Origin: a virus
DNA length: 26,263 nucleotides
IMG/VR virus record: IMGVR_UViG_3300018080_000090
Location: 1 to 26,263 of that record
Reading direction: 5' to 3' (one strand)
Position 1 is the stretch's first letter. Each line of letters starts with the position of its first letter. The notes beneath the pieces are model-generated. The model saw only the letters and a list, made by a program, of their open reading frames with translations. It had not been told where the DNA came from and searched no databases. Both the position numbers and the translations under genes were made by a program. Below, piece after piece: positions 1 through 5,883 of this stretch.

Positions 1-123
1 GAAACAGCCTTGGGTATGGCTTATGTTCTTAAAACTCTTGAATTGATTAAGAAATTGAAACCAAAGTTTTTCTTTATAGAAAATCCAAGAGGAGTTTTAA
101 GAAAGATGGCTTTTATGGATGAA
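1..123. repeat. Terminal direct repeat (assembly overlap), identical to 26141..26263
   Basis: Base-by-base comparison: GAAACAGCCTTGGGTATGGC...GGCTTTTATGGATGAA is identical at both window ends over 123 nt. Confidence 0.95.
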
Positions 124-420
124 ATTTCAATTAGAAATACAGTAACCTATTGTCAATATGGAGATACAAGGATGAAGCCAACAGATATTTGGACTAATTG
201 CAGTTTTTGGAAACCGAAACCAATGTGCAAGAATGGAGATAGTTGTCACACTCCTGCACCAAGAGGATCAAAAACTGGAACTCAAGGTTTAAATGGAAGC
301 AAAGGTCGATCACGTGTTCCTGAAAAACTATGTTTAGAAATTTTAAAAAGCTGTGAGCAACTAATCGCAAATCCCTCTACTTTGCCTAACGGCAATCCTA
401 ACGGAGAGTTTAAAAAATGA
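1..420 (+). CDS. DNA (cytosine-5) methyltransferase, 3-prime part of the gene that starts at 25892 (wraps the circle)
   Basis: The frame is continuous with 25892..26263 once the 123-nt overlap is collapsed. Contains IENPRG (motif VI-like), TYCQYGDTRMKPTDIW (motif VIII-like) and RSRVPEKLCLEI (motif X-like). Joined length is about 222 aa. Confidence 0.9.
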   Translation, partial: ETALGMAYVLKTLELIKKLKPKFFFIENPRGVLRKMAFMDEISIRNTVTYCQYGDTRMKPTDIWTNCSFWKPKPMCKNGDSCHTPAPRGSKTGTQGLNGSKGRSRVPEKLCLEILKSCEQLIANPSTLPNGNPNGEFKK

Positions 421-569
421 TACCAAGATGTGAAGGATGTAAAATAGAACTTGAAATTTTAATTAGCGAAGAAAATAAAGACCTACACTTTGCAGGTTCA
501 GGGTTGTTTGAGAAAGGACACTTATTTCTAATCCTAGTTAATGATAAAGGGGAGGTAATTGTTGGATGA
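417..569 (+). CDS. Hypothetical small protein (50 aa, below the ORF-track cutoff)
   Basis: The ATG at 417 overlaps the MTase stop (ATGA). It reads MIPRCEGCKIELEILISEENKDLHFAGSGLFEKGHLFLILVNDKGEVIVG up to the TGA at 567-569. It fills the gap on the coding strand; the listed antisense ORF 410..607 is the less likely alternative. Confidence 0.4.
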   Translation: MIPRCEGCKIELEILISEENKDLHFAGSGLFEKGHLFLILVNDKGEVIVG

Positions 570-577
570 ACTAGAAG

Positions 578-778
578 ATGATAACCAAAAAAGACATAGC
601 TAGACAAAAGGCAAGAGAAATCTACTCAAAAGAGTTAAACAAGCTTGTAAATGAAACAAACCACTTAATAGAAAAGTATGTGAACGAAAAGATGACTAAA
701 TTTTATAACAAAGCTCTTAGAATCGCTGAAAAGAATGTTTTAGCATTTGAAGATATTTGTAGGGAAGATATAAAATGA
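578..778 (+). CDS. Hypothetical small helical protein (66 aa)
   Basis: ORF track. K/E-rich, coiled-coil-like sequence. Its stop overlaps the next ATG (ATGA at 775-778). Its 3-prime end lies inside copy 1 of the 53-bp repeat. Confidence 0.55.
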   Translation: MITKKDIARQKAREIYSKELNKLVNETNHLIEKYVNEKMTKFYNKALRIAEKNVLAFEDICREDIK

Positions 779-781
779 GTT
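729..781. repeat. 53-bp direct repeat, copy 1 (partner 1226..1278)
   Basis: AAAAGAATGTTTTAGCATTTGAAGATATTTGTAGGGAAGATATAAAATGAGTT is identical at both sites (offset 497 nt). Each copy contains two GAAGATAT sub-repeats 15 nt apart (749-756 and 764-771 in copy 1). Confidence 0.9.
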
Positions 782-1026
782 ATGAAGATGTATTTTTAAC
801 GATAGCATCTGGATTATTAATAATTATCATTATATCTTTTTCACTTCATTTAATCGGCATACAAATGCAAATAAATTTCTGCGATTATGATTCTTGTTCT
901 CAAGAAAGCGAATATTGGGAAATTAATGGTAGCAAATGTTTTGATGAAACTAACCCTGAGTGTAAAGACTTTTTACGATTATGGAATTATTGCCAACATT
1001 ATAAACAAAGGATTGGACAATGTTAA
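775..1026 (+). CDS. Small membrane protein with a Cys-rich C-terminal part (83 aa)
   Basis: ORF track. N-terminal hydrophobic helix (FLTIASGLLIIIIISFSLHLIG) followed by 6 Cys. Lies inside the repeat-bracketed cassette. Confidence 0.55.
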   Translation: MSYEDVFLTIASGLLIIIIISFSLHLIGIQMQINFCDYDSCSQESEYWEINGSKCFDETNPECKDFLRLWNYCQHYKQRIGQC

Positions 1027-1247
1027 TAAATATTCTATTAAAAATGTGGAAGAGTATGTATTGGATGAGATGTGATTACTGTAAAAAACTTATGAAACAT
1101 CCTACAGTACAGGCTTATATTTCTGGAAACCCTCCATATGATGTGTTTTATTGTGAACAGTGTGCTATTGATTTGGGATTTTATAAAGAAGTGACTTTAG
1201 CAAATAAATTATATGAAGAATCATTAAAAGAATGTTTTAGCATTTGA
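1020..1247 (+). CDS. Zinc-ribbon mini-protein (CxxC...CxxC); the true start may be an internal ATG (1044/1056/1065)
   Basis: RCDYCKK...YCEQCA motif pair. The 3-prime end runs into repeat copy 2, in a different frame from the one used in copy 1. Confidence 0.5.
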   Translation: MLINILLKMWKSMYWMRCDYCKKLMKHPTVQAYISGNPPYDVFYCEQCAIDLGFYKEVTLANKLYEESLKECFSI

Positions 1248-1278
1248 AGATATTTGTAGGGAAGATATAAAATGAGTT
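1226..1278. repeat. 53-bp direct repeat, copy 2 (partner 729..781)
   Basis: See copy 1. This copy lies about 80 nt upstream of the serine recombinase start. Confidence 0.9.
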
Positions 1279-1324
1279 TTGAGAAGTTGCACTAAACTAT
1301 ACTTTAATGTATAAAAGCAATAAA

Positions 1325-1333
1325 CTTAAATAA
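1325..1333 (+). promoter_or_regulatory. Putative TATA box for the recombinase gene
   Basis: CTTAAATAA is centred ~30 nt upstream of the ATG at 1361, which is near-leaderless geometry. Confidence 0.4.
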
Positions 1334-1360
1334 TAGAATAACACTATTGTTTCATAAAAA

Positions 1361-2005
1361 ATGGGAGAAAATAATAACATGATTAAAGCACCTGCTAAAA
1401 TCACAATAGCAAAGTATAGAAGGGTTTCTACAGATAATCAGGAACTAACACTACAAGATGAAGTCCTGGAGAAACATATCCAAAGATTAAGAGAAGATAA
1501 TCCACTGAATAAATATGAGGTATTGGATTTCAAAGATTTCGCATTCTCTGGCAAGACTAAGGAAAGACCTGATTTTAAAAGGATGATGGAACAAGTGGAG
1601 AAGAAAAAGATTAATATAATAATTTTTACAAAACTGGATCGCCTGGCCAGAAGTTTACAAGACCTTCTAAATATCTCATCAATCCTGGAAGAAAATGGGG
1701 TTAAGTTTACCGTAGTTGAACAGAATATCGACACTTCTACATACCAAGGAAGATTAAACTTTCAGATAATGGGAGCTTTTGCAGAATTCGAAAGGAATAT
1801 TACTAGGGAAAGGATGGAACTTGGGAGGAAAAGGGCAGACATAACTGGGAGTAAATCTGGTAAACCTTGCCATAGGCCAAAAGTGGATATCGATAATGAT
1901 GGAGTTAGGTTTAAACATAAACAGGGTTGGAGTATGCACCAAATAGCTAAACACTATAATGTTTCAATAACACCGATTAGGAGAATTTTAAATAATGGGA
2001 ACTGA
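1361..2005 (+). CDS. Small serine recombinase (resolvase/invertase family) with C-terminal HTH
   Basis: YRRVSTDNQ (catalytic Ser motif), KLDRLARS and FAEFERNITRERMELGRKRA are the canonical resolvase catalytic-domain motifs. The C-terminal GWSMHQIAKHYNVSITPIRRIL looks like an HTH. At 214 aa it is resolvase-sized, not large-serine-integrase-sized. Confidence 0.9.
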   Translation: MGENNNMIKAPAKITIAKYRRVSTDNQELTLQDEVLEKHIQRLREDNPLNKYEVLDFKDFAFSGKTKERPDFKRMMEQVEKKKINIIIFTKLDRLARSLQDLLNISSILEENGVKFTVVEQNIDTSTYQGRLNFQIMGAFAEFERNITRERMELGRKRADITGSKSGKPCHRPKVDIDNDGVRFKHKQGWSMHQIAKHYNVSITPIRRILNNGN

Positions 2006-2213
2006 ATATACAACAACAAAGGCGGTTATTTTATTTGGAATTATATTATTATTTACTCTTCCTTTCATAATTCTTTATGATCTATTAATGAACCACTTCT
2101 CAAATTTTAGTCAAGAAACGATAACAATACTAGCCACTTCAACATTCCATACAATAGTTATTTGTGTGTTGATTCTGATTTTGAATATTAATTCAAAAGG
2201 AGGTAGCAAATGA
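1995..2213 (+). CDS. Small two-TM membrane protein (72 aa)
   Basis: ORF track. Two long hydrophobic stretches. Overlaps the recombinase stop and is ATGA-coupled to the next ORF. Confidence 0.5.
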   Translation: MGTEYTTTKAVILFGIILLFTLPFIILYDLLMNHFSNFSQETITILATSTFHTIVICVLILILNINSKGGSK

Positions 2214-2371
2214 AGAAAGTATATTGTAAAGATTGTGGGCGTTCAGTCTTAGTAAAGAGTGGAAGTATTCTTGACATAGGTGCACAATCACAAGCAGAGG
2301 AGTATATGATAGATGGGGAAGTATGCTACAAATGCCACGCTTGTATACTAAAAAAGAAAAGTAAGAAGTAA
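2210..2371 (+). CDS. Zinc-ribbon mini-protein (53 aa, below the ORF-track cutoff)
   Basis: AAAGGAGG SD at 2196-2203. The ATG at 2210 overlaps the upstream stop. Reads MKKVYCKDCG...CYKCHACILKKKSKK with two CxxC pairs. The listed antisense ORF 2193..2402 is probably spurious. Confidence 0.55.
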   Translation: MKKVYCKDCGRSVLVKSGSILDIGAQSQAEEYMIDGEVCYKCHACILKKKSKK

Positions 2372-2379
2372 CTAAGCTA

Positions 2380-2430
2380 ACCTTAGTGCACAAAACAAAC
2401 ATTTAAATAGTTGTTATAATTATAACAACT
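2380..2430 (+). promoter_or_regulatory. Promoter with TATA box (TTTAAATA, 2402-2409) abutting a perfect 22-bp palindrome (AGTTGTTATAATTATAACAACT, 2409-2430)
   Basis: The TATA box is centred ~26 nt upstream of the ATG at 2432 (leaderless geometry). 25 nt of this element (2402-2426) recur in inverted orientation at 5528-5552. The upstream ACCTTAGTGCACAA recurs at 5583-5596. Confidence 0.6.
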
Positions 2431-2431
2431 A

Positions 2432-2581
2432 ATGGCTTTAACTCAAATCCTTTTCGATGAAAAAGAAGAGGGAATCATTCAAAGGTTTTCATTACTGTGG
2501 AAAAGTAATAAACCAAACACGATAAAGAAAATGGTTCAAGAGTTCGAGCAAATAGAAGAGGTAGAGGATGGGTCTGTTTGA
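2432..2581 (+). CDS. Putative ribbon-helix-helix (CopG/Arc-like) DNA-binding protein (49 aa)
   Basis: MALTQILFDEKEEGIIQRFSLLWKSNKPNTIKKMVQEF fits a beta-strand/helix/loop/helix pattern. It is the first gene after the palindromic operator. It is below the ORF-track cutoff and overlaps the next gene by 14 nt. Confidence 0.45.
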   Translation: MALTQILFDEKEEGIIQRFSLLWKSNKPNTIKKMVQEFEQIEEVEDGSV

Positions 2582-3326
2582 AGATTTAGGGATTCAGGGT
2601 ATGCCTAAGATTGAACTTGTAGGCATTTTTTCTTCCACTTGGACTTATATTATTATATTAGTTGTTGTGGGATTTTTACTTTTGGTGGCATTAGTGGTCA
2701 CATTATTTTTTATGACTTATAAAAAGAAAGTAGTTCTATTCGAAAATATTTCAGGGCAAGGATATGTTCCAGTAATCAAGACTAGAGCAAGAGTACTCAA
2801 TATTAAGAGGGGGGGAACTGACCAGGTATTAAAAACACTAGTGGGAGGATTATACCTTAATGCTTATGGGAAGAAGATGGGCAAAAACACTTTTTGGTTC
2901 GCAAAAGGTGAAGATGGATTTTTTTATAATTTTGTGTTAGGTGACCTTGATACAAAAAAAGCAATGCTCGATATAGAACCAATAAATAGAGATATAAGAG
3001 GATTCCAAACATTCGTCGATATGAGCACAATGGAAACTTATGGTAAGAGTTCAGTCGCCGCTCAGGTAATAATGTATACAACCGTGTTCTTATTTTTAGC
3101 ATTACTAGTTGGAGGTATGTGGATCCTTATTGGTAAGATGGGAGAATTAACTTCACCACTAGCTGGTTCAATAGAAAGGTCTGATGAGAACGCTATAAAA
3201 CTTCAGGAACAAACTCAAAAAACTGCACAGATGATGGAAGCCTTAATTAGAACAATGGGTTATGAGTTTGATAAGATTAAATTAAATGAGACCTCGCAAG
3301 GTGGCTTGGTACAGGCAAATGGATGA
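2568..3326 (+). CDS. Membrane protein, two TM segments (252 aa), function unknown
   Basis: ORF track. Hydrophobic segments TWTYIIILVVVGFLLLVALVVTLFF and VIMYTTVFLFLALLVGGMWILIG. ATGA overlap with the next ORF. Confidence 0.7.
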   Translation: MGLFEDLGIQGMPKIELVGIFSSTWTYIIILVVVGFLLLVALVVTLFFMTYKKKVVLFENISGQGYVPVIKTRARVLNIKRGGTDQVLKTLVGGLYLNAYGKKMGKNTFWFAKGEDGFFYNFVLGDLDTKKAMLDIEPINRDIRGFQTFVDMSTMETYGKSSVAAQVIMYTTVFLFLALLVGGMWILIGKMGELTSPLAGSIERSDENAIKLQEQTQKTAQMMEALIRTMGYEFDKIKLNETSQGGLVQANG

Positions 3327-3700
3327 TGAGAATTTACATAGAAGCAGTAATAATGATAATACTCTTCATCACATTTCTTCTTTGGGGAGCATGGTATATT
3401 ATCTCAACTAAATTATTATACAGGAAATATCAAAATGTTAAAACGAAAAAAGGAGGTTCCCAAGATTGCACCAGCACAACAACCAGCGGCGGCACCAGTA
3501 AAAGATTCTTCAGAGGATTTAAGAATCCTTTCAGAAGAAAACAATCAGTTGAAGGCGGCACTATCGACTTACGAAGAGATGAACAATTTGAAAGACGAGA
3601 GTTATTACCGACTGAAACTTTTGTCGATACTGGAAACGAAACTAGAAAGGATCGCAAACGCATTAGAGGAATCTTTAAACGAAGAAAGCGACGAAGCTGA
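3323..3700 (+). CDS. Hypothetical protein with N-terminal TM helix and very basic tail (125 aa); overlaps 3435..3734 in another frame
   Basis: ATGA-coupled to the upstream gene and has an N-terminal TM helix. The Arg/Lys-rich remainder could be a frame artefact of the acidic ORF in the +1 frame. Confidence 0.4.
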   Translation: MMRIYIEAVIMIILFITFLLWGAWYIISTKLLYRKYQNVKTKKGGSQDCTSTTTSGGTSKRFFRGFKNPFRRKQSVEGGTIDLRRDEQFERRELLPTETFVDTGNETRKDRKRIRGIFKRRKRRS

Positions 3701-3734
3701 AGACGGTTCCGACGATGAAACAACAGAAGAATAA
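3435..3734 (+). CDS. Acidic coiled-coil protein (99 aa)
   Basis: Natural-looking heptad-like sequence (EDLRILSEENNQLKAALSTYEEMNNLKDES...) with an acidic C-terminus. It overlaps 3323..3700 for ~265 nt. Confidence 0.5.
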   Translation: MLKRKKEVPKIAPAQQPAAAPVKDSSEDLRILSEENNQLKAALSTYEEMNNLKDESYYRLKLLSILETKLERIANALEESLNEESDEAEDGSDDETTEE

Positions 3735-3990
3735 ACATTTAATTATTCTCGACGTTGTTACATTGGTTGCTATCATCCTAATTATATTATCTTTTTTTTA
3801 TTTATTCTTTAACATTTATTCACCATACAAAAGTTGTAAGAACATCGACGGTGATTATAGTTTAACATTATCTTTAGAACATAAGTGCAATAATAAAAGT
3901 TATGTATTATATAGTGATGGCCATTGGGGTTTTGAGAATCAGTTTAACTTATCATATCTACTTAGCCTCCCATACGAGGAGCGAACATAA
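3715..3990 (+). CDS. Small membrane-anchored protein (91 aa)
   Basis: ORF track. N-terminal TM (LIILDVVTLVAIILIILSFFYLFF). Last gene before the convergent minus-strand module. Confidence 0.55.
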   Translation: MKQQKNKHLIILDVVTLVAIILIILSFFYLFFNIYSPYKSCKNIDGDYSLTLSLEHKCNNKSYVLYSDGHWGFENQFNLSYLLSLPYEERT

Positions 3991-4052
3991 GAACTAGTAT
4001 TAGTCCTATAATAAAACCTAAAGCAGCGACTAGAAGTTTCCACCATACTATA

Positions 4053-5096
4053 TTAATCACTCGTTGTTTGTTCTTCTTTGCCATTGTATCCTTCATCTAA
4101 GTTTACCCTATTATCATATTCTACTAGTTCTGCCTCATCCACTACTATCTCCTTTTTTTTGTTACTCAAAGGTAGTTCTTTATTATAAACTTTCTCTTGA
4201 CTACCTTGAGTTTCGCCCACGTCTACCTTTATCCAATCAGATAGTGTTTGTTTTGATACACATAACAAACTTGAGAGTTCTTCGTAAGTCATTTTAGGGA
4301 ATTTCTCTTTTAATTTTCCAAAAACTTTGGATCCATAAGCCTTTCTGATTCCAACTCTATGTGTAGTCTCAGGGTTTGCCGCCTCTTGTTTCACCATATC
4401 TTCATACTTTTCTTTTCGGTATTGGACTTCATCAACACCATATCCATCTGGAAACTTACCATAAAAAGTTGGCTTCCATGCTTTGTAATTGTAAGTTCTT
4501 TTACCATTAATATATAAAGCACGTTTCGCAGGAAAATTATAATAGTAAAAATTACCACGTTCAAGTTTATCACTAAACCTTACATCGATTGCAAACAAAC
4601 TTCTTGAAACTGCGTAACCGATTGGTAATTGAAACCAATTAGGAATAATACAAATCATAAAAAGGTTCATCTGTCTGCACTTCCTAAAAAATTGTCTAAG
4701 TGTTACTCCAAGGTCACTCCAATATGTCGCATCCTCCCATTCATCTAGTACTATGCAAGAGTAACGACCTTTGCCACCATCATATAATTCATAAGACCTC
4801 TCAATTAAATCCTTTGGATTCCAAACAAGATTTCTAACACTGAATTCTAAGTTAAGATTATATTTTTTATTAATCATCTCAGTCCAGGCCTCGCCAATTT
4901 GTGTAGCAAGAACGCTTTTACCTGTACCAACTTCTAAAGTTGAAGAATAAATAATACCCATAAAAGTCATATCGTCACTAATCTTATTAGCAAGTAATCC
5001 TAAATTCTTATACAAGTAACCATCCATAAACTTACCTGGTGTAACTTGCCCTTTCCAACTTCCCATAGGATATTTATCTACACAGAATTTTACCAT
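4053..5096 (-). CDS. P-loop NTPase (Walker A/B) with C-terminal HTH-like segment
   Basis: Walker A LEVGTGKSVLATQ. Walker B CIVLDEWEDA. C-terminal MTYEELSSLLCVSKQTLSDWIK resembles an HTH, followed by an acidic tail. I cannot assign the family by eye. Confidence 0.85.
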   Translation of the reverse strand: MVKFCVDKYPMGSWKGQVTPGKFMDGYLYKNLGLLANKISDDMTFMGIIYSSTLEVGTGKSVLATQIGEAWTEMINKKYNLNLEFSVRNLVWNPKDLIERSYELYDGGKGRYSCIVLDEWEDATYWSDLGVTLRQFFRKCRQMNLFMICIIPNWFQLPIGYAVSRSLFAIDVRFSDKLERGNFYYYNFPAKRALYINGKRTYNYKAWKPTFYGKFPDGYGVDEVQYRKEKYEDMVKQEAANPETTHRVGIRKAYGSKVFGKLKEKFPKMTYEELSSLLCVSKQTLSDWIKVDVGETQGSQEKVYNKELPLSNKKKEIVVDEAELVEYDNRVNLDEGYNGKEEQTTSD

Positions 5097-5515
5097 TAAC
5101 TCATCTTCATACCTGACATTCCAAGGTCATCCTTTGGTGGCATAAAGTACTTCTTCTTTTGAAGTTCTATTTGTACATTTCTTAGACATATATCAAGTTT
5201 CTTATTTAATTCGAAAGAATAAGTAATCCTTTTCTTTGATGAACCCACGTTTGATTTATCAACAAAAGTAATCTCTAAAGGTTTTATATCTAATATGTTT
5301 TCATACTTTTCAATTACTGGTGCATCAAATATTAATGGTGTAGAATCTACATAAAACCTTTTTACTAATTCAATCTTAATTCTTTGTCTTTCTTCTGGAG
5401 GAAAGTCTAACCTTCCTTCAACATCTCTAATCATATCTAGTGTCCGCCTTAAACTCATAAGAGTTGCAATTGCCATATTGAACGGAGCACCAGTTTCATA
5501 AACGTCATCAGCCAT
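5096..5515 (-). CDS. Hypothetical protein (139 aa), first gene of the minus-strand ATPase module
   Basis: ORF track. Its stop overlaps the ATPase start by 1 nt. It lies directly downstream of the inverted copy of the TATA/palindrome promoter. Confidence 0.75.
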   Translation of the reverse strand: MADDVYETGAPFNMAIATLMSLRRTLDMIRDVEGRLDFPPEERQRIKIELVKRFYVDSTPLIFDAPVIEKYENILDIKPLEITFVDKSNVGSSKKRITYSFELNKKLDICLRNVQIELQKKKYFMPPKDDLGMSGMKMS

Positions 5516-5527
5516 CTTATTACATAA

Positions 5528-5552
5528 GTTATAATTATAACAACTATTTAAA
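5528..5552 (-). promoter_or_regulatory. Minus-strand promoter: inverted copy of the 2402-2426 TATA-plus-operator element
   Basis: The reverse complement reads TTTAAATAGTTGTTATAATTATAAC, identical to 2402-2426. The palindromic core is GTTATAATTATAAC. The ATG at 5515 lies ~37 nt from the TATA start. Confidence 0.6.
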
Positions 5553-5582
5553 CATTACCAATACCTTTTATGCACATAGATG

Positions 5583-5638
5583 ACCTTAGTGAACAATAGT
5601 AAAACATATAAAGAATGAAGTACTGTTACAGTGTAACA
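5583..5638 (+). promoter_or_regulatory. Putative plus-strand promoter of the large membrane-protein operon, with a TGTTACAGTGTAACA palindrome
   Basis: ACCTTAGTGAACAA (5583-5596) and AAACATATAAA (5602-5612) mirror the 2380-2407 promoter. The palindrome at 5624-5638 shares its arms with 16781-16797. Confidence 0.45.
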
Positions 5639-5881
5639 AAGATGGTGAAGGTATTAGTGTTATTGCTTTTAGGAATCATTCTTCTAGGAGTTTCTATTAC
5701 AATTTATAATAATACACATGAAGTTTCCGTCGAGAAAACTATCGGAATGCCTGAATGGTGTAATGATTTTAATGGTGAAGATTTTCTTTTAACTGGTGGT
5801 AGTTCTAATCCTCAGACAATAGATGAAATAAAGTTTGAACTTGCACGTCTTAATTGGTTATGCTCGGGGGGTAATCGTTAA
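5615..5881 (+). CDS. Small secreted/membrane protein (88 aa); the start is more likely the ATG at 5642
   Basis: ORF track. Signal/TM segment VKVLVLLLLGIILLGVSITIY. The putative TATA at 5605-5613 is too close to 5615 but is well placed for 5642. Confidence 0.6.
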   Translation: MKYCYSVTKMVKVLVLLLLGIILLGVSITIYNNTHEVSVEKTIGMPEWCNDFNGEDFLLTGGSSNPQTIDEIKFELARLNWLCSGGNR

Positions 5882-5883
5882 AG

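Noticed and set aside
410-607. Antisense ORF (65 aa) from the track
   Set aside because: It lies opposite a coherent + strand chain (417-569 then 578-778) that is coupled by an ATGA overlap. It has a hydrophobic, low-complexity translation typical of an AT-rich antisense frame.
887-1075. Alternative-frame + strand ORF (62 aa)
   Set aside because: It is fully overlapped by 775-1026 and 1020-1247, which carry recognisable TM and zinc-ribbon features. It has no start-site signals of its own.
1438-1954. Antisense ORFs inside the serine recombinase gene (1438-1734 and 1754-1954)
   Set aside because: The sense frame carries all the canonical resolvase motifs. The antisense frames are artefacts.
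2193-2402. Antisense ORF (69 aa)
   Set aside because: The + strand zinc-ribbon ORF 2210-2371, with a strong AAAGGAGG SD and ATGA coupling, explains this interval better.
3962-4060. 33-codon minus-strand micro-ORF with a GTG start encoding a TM-like peptide (..WWKLLVAALGFIIGLILVLMFAPRMGG), overlapping the ATPase stop
   Set aside because: It needs a GTG start and has no SD. It overlaps the convergent gene 3715-3990 by 29 nt. Hydrophobic frames arise easily in AT-rich DNA. It is not reportable without conservation or peptide data.
5598-5614. AGTAAAACATA..AAAGAA shared just upstream of the ATGs at 5615 and 18920
   Set aside because: An 11-mer match is expected by chance many times in a 26-kb AT-rich genome. 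It is not treated as a motif.
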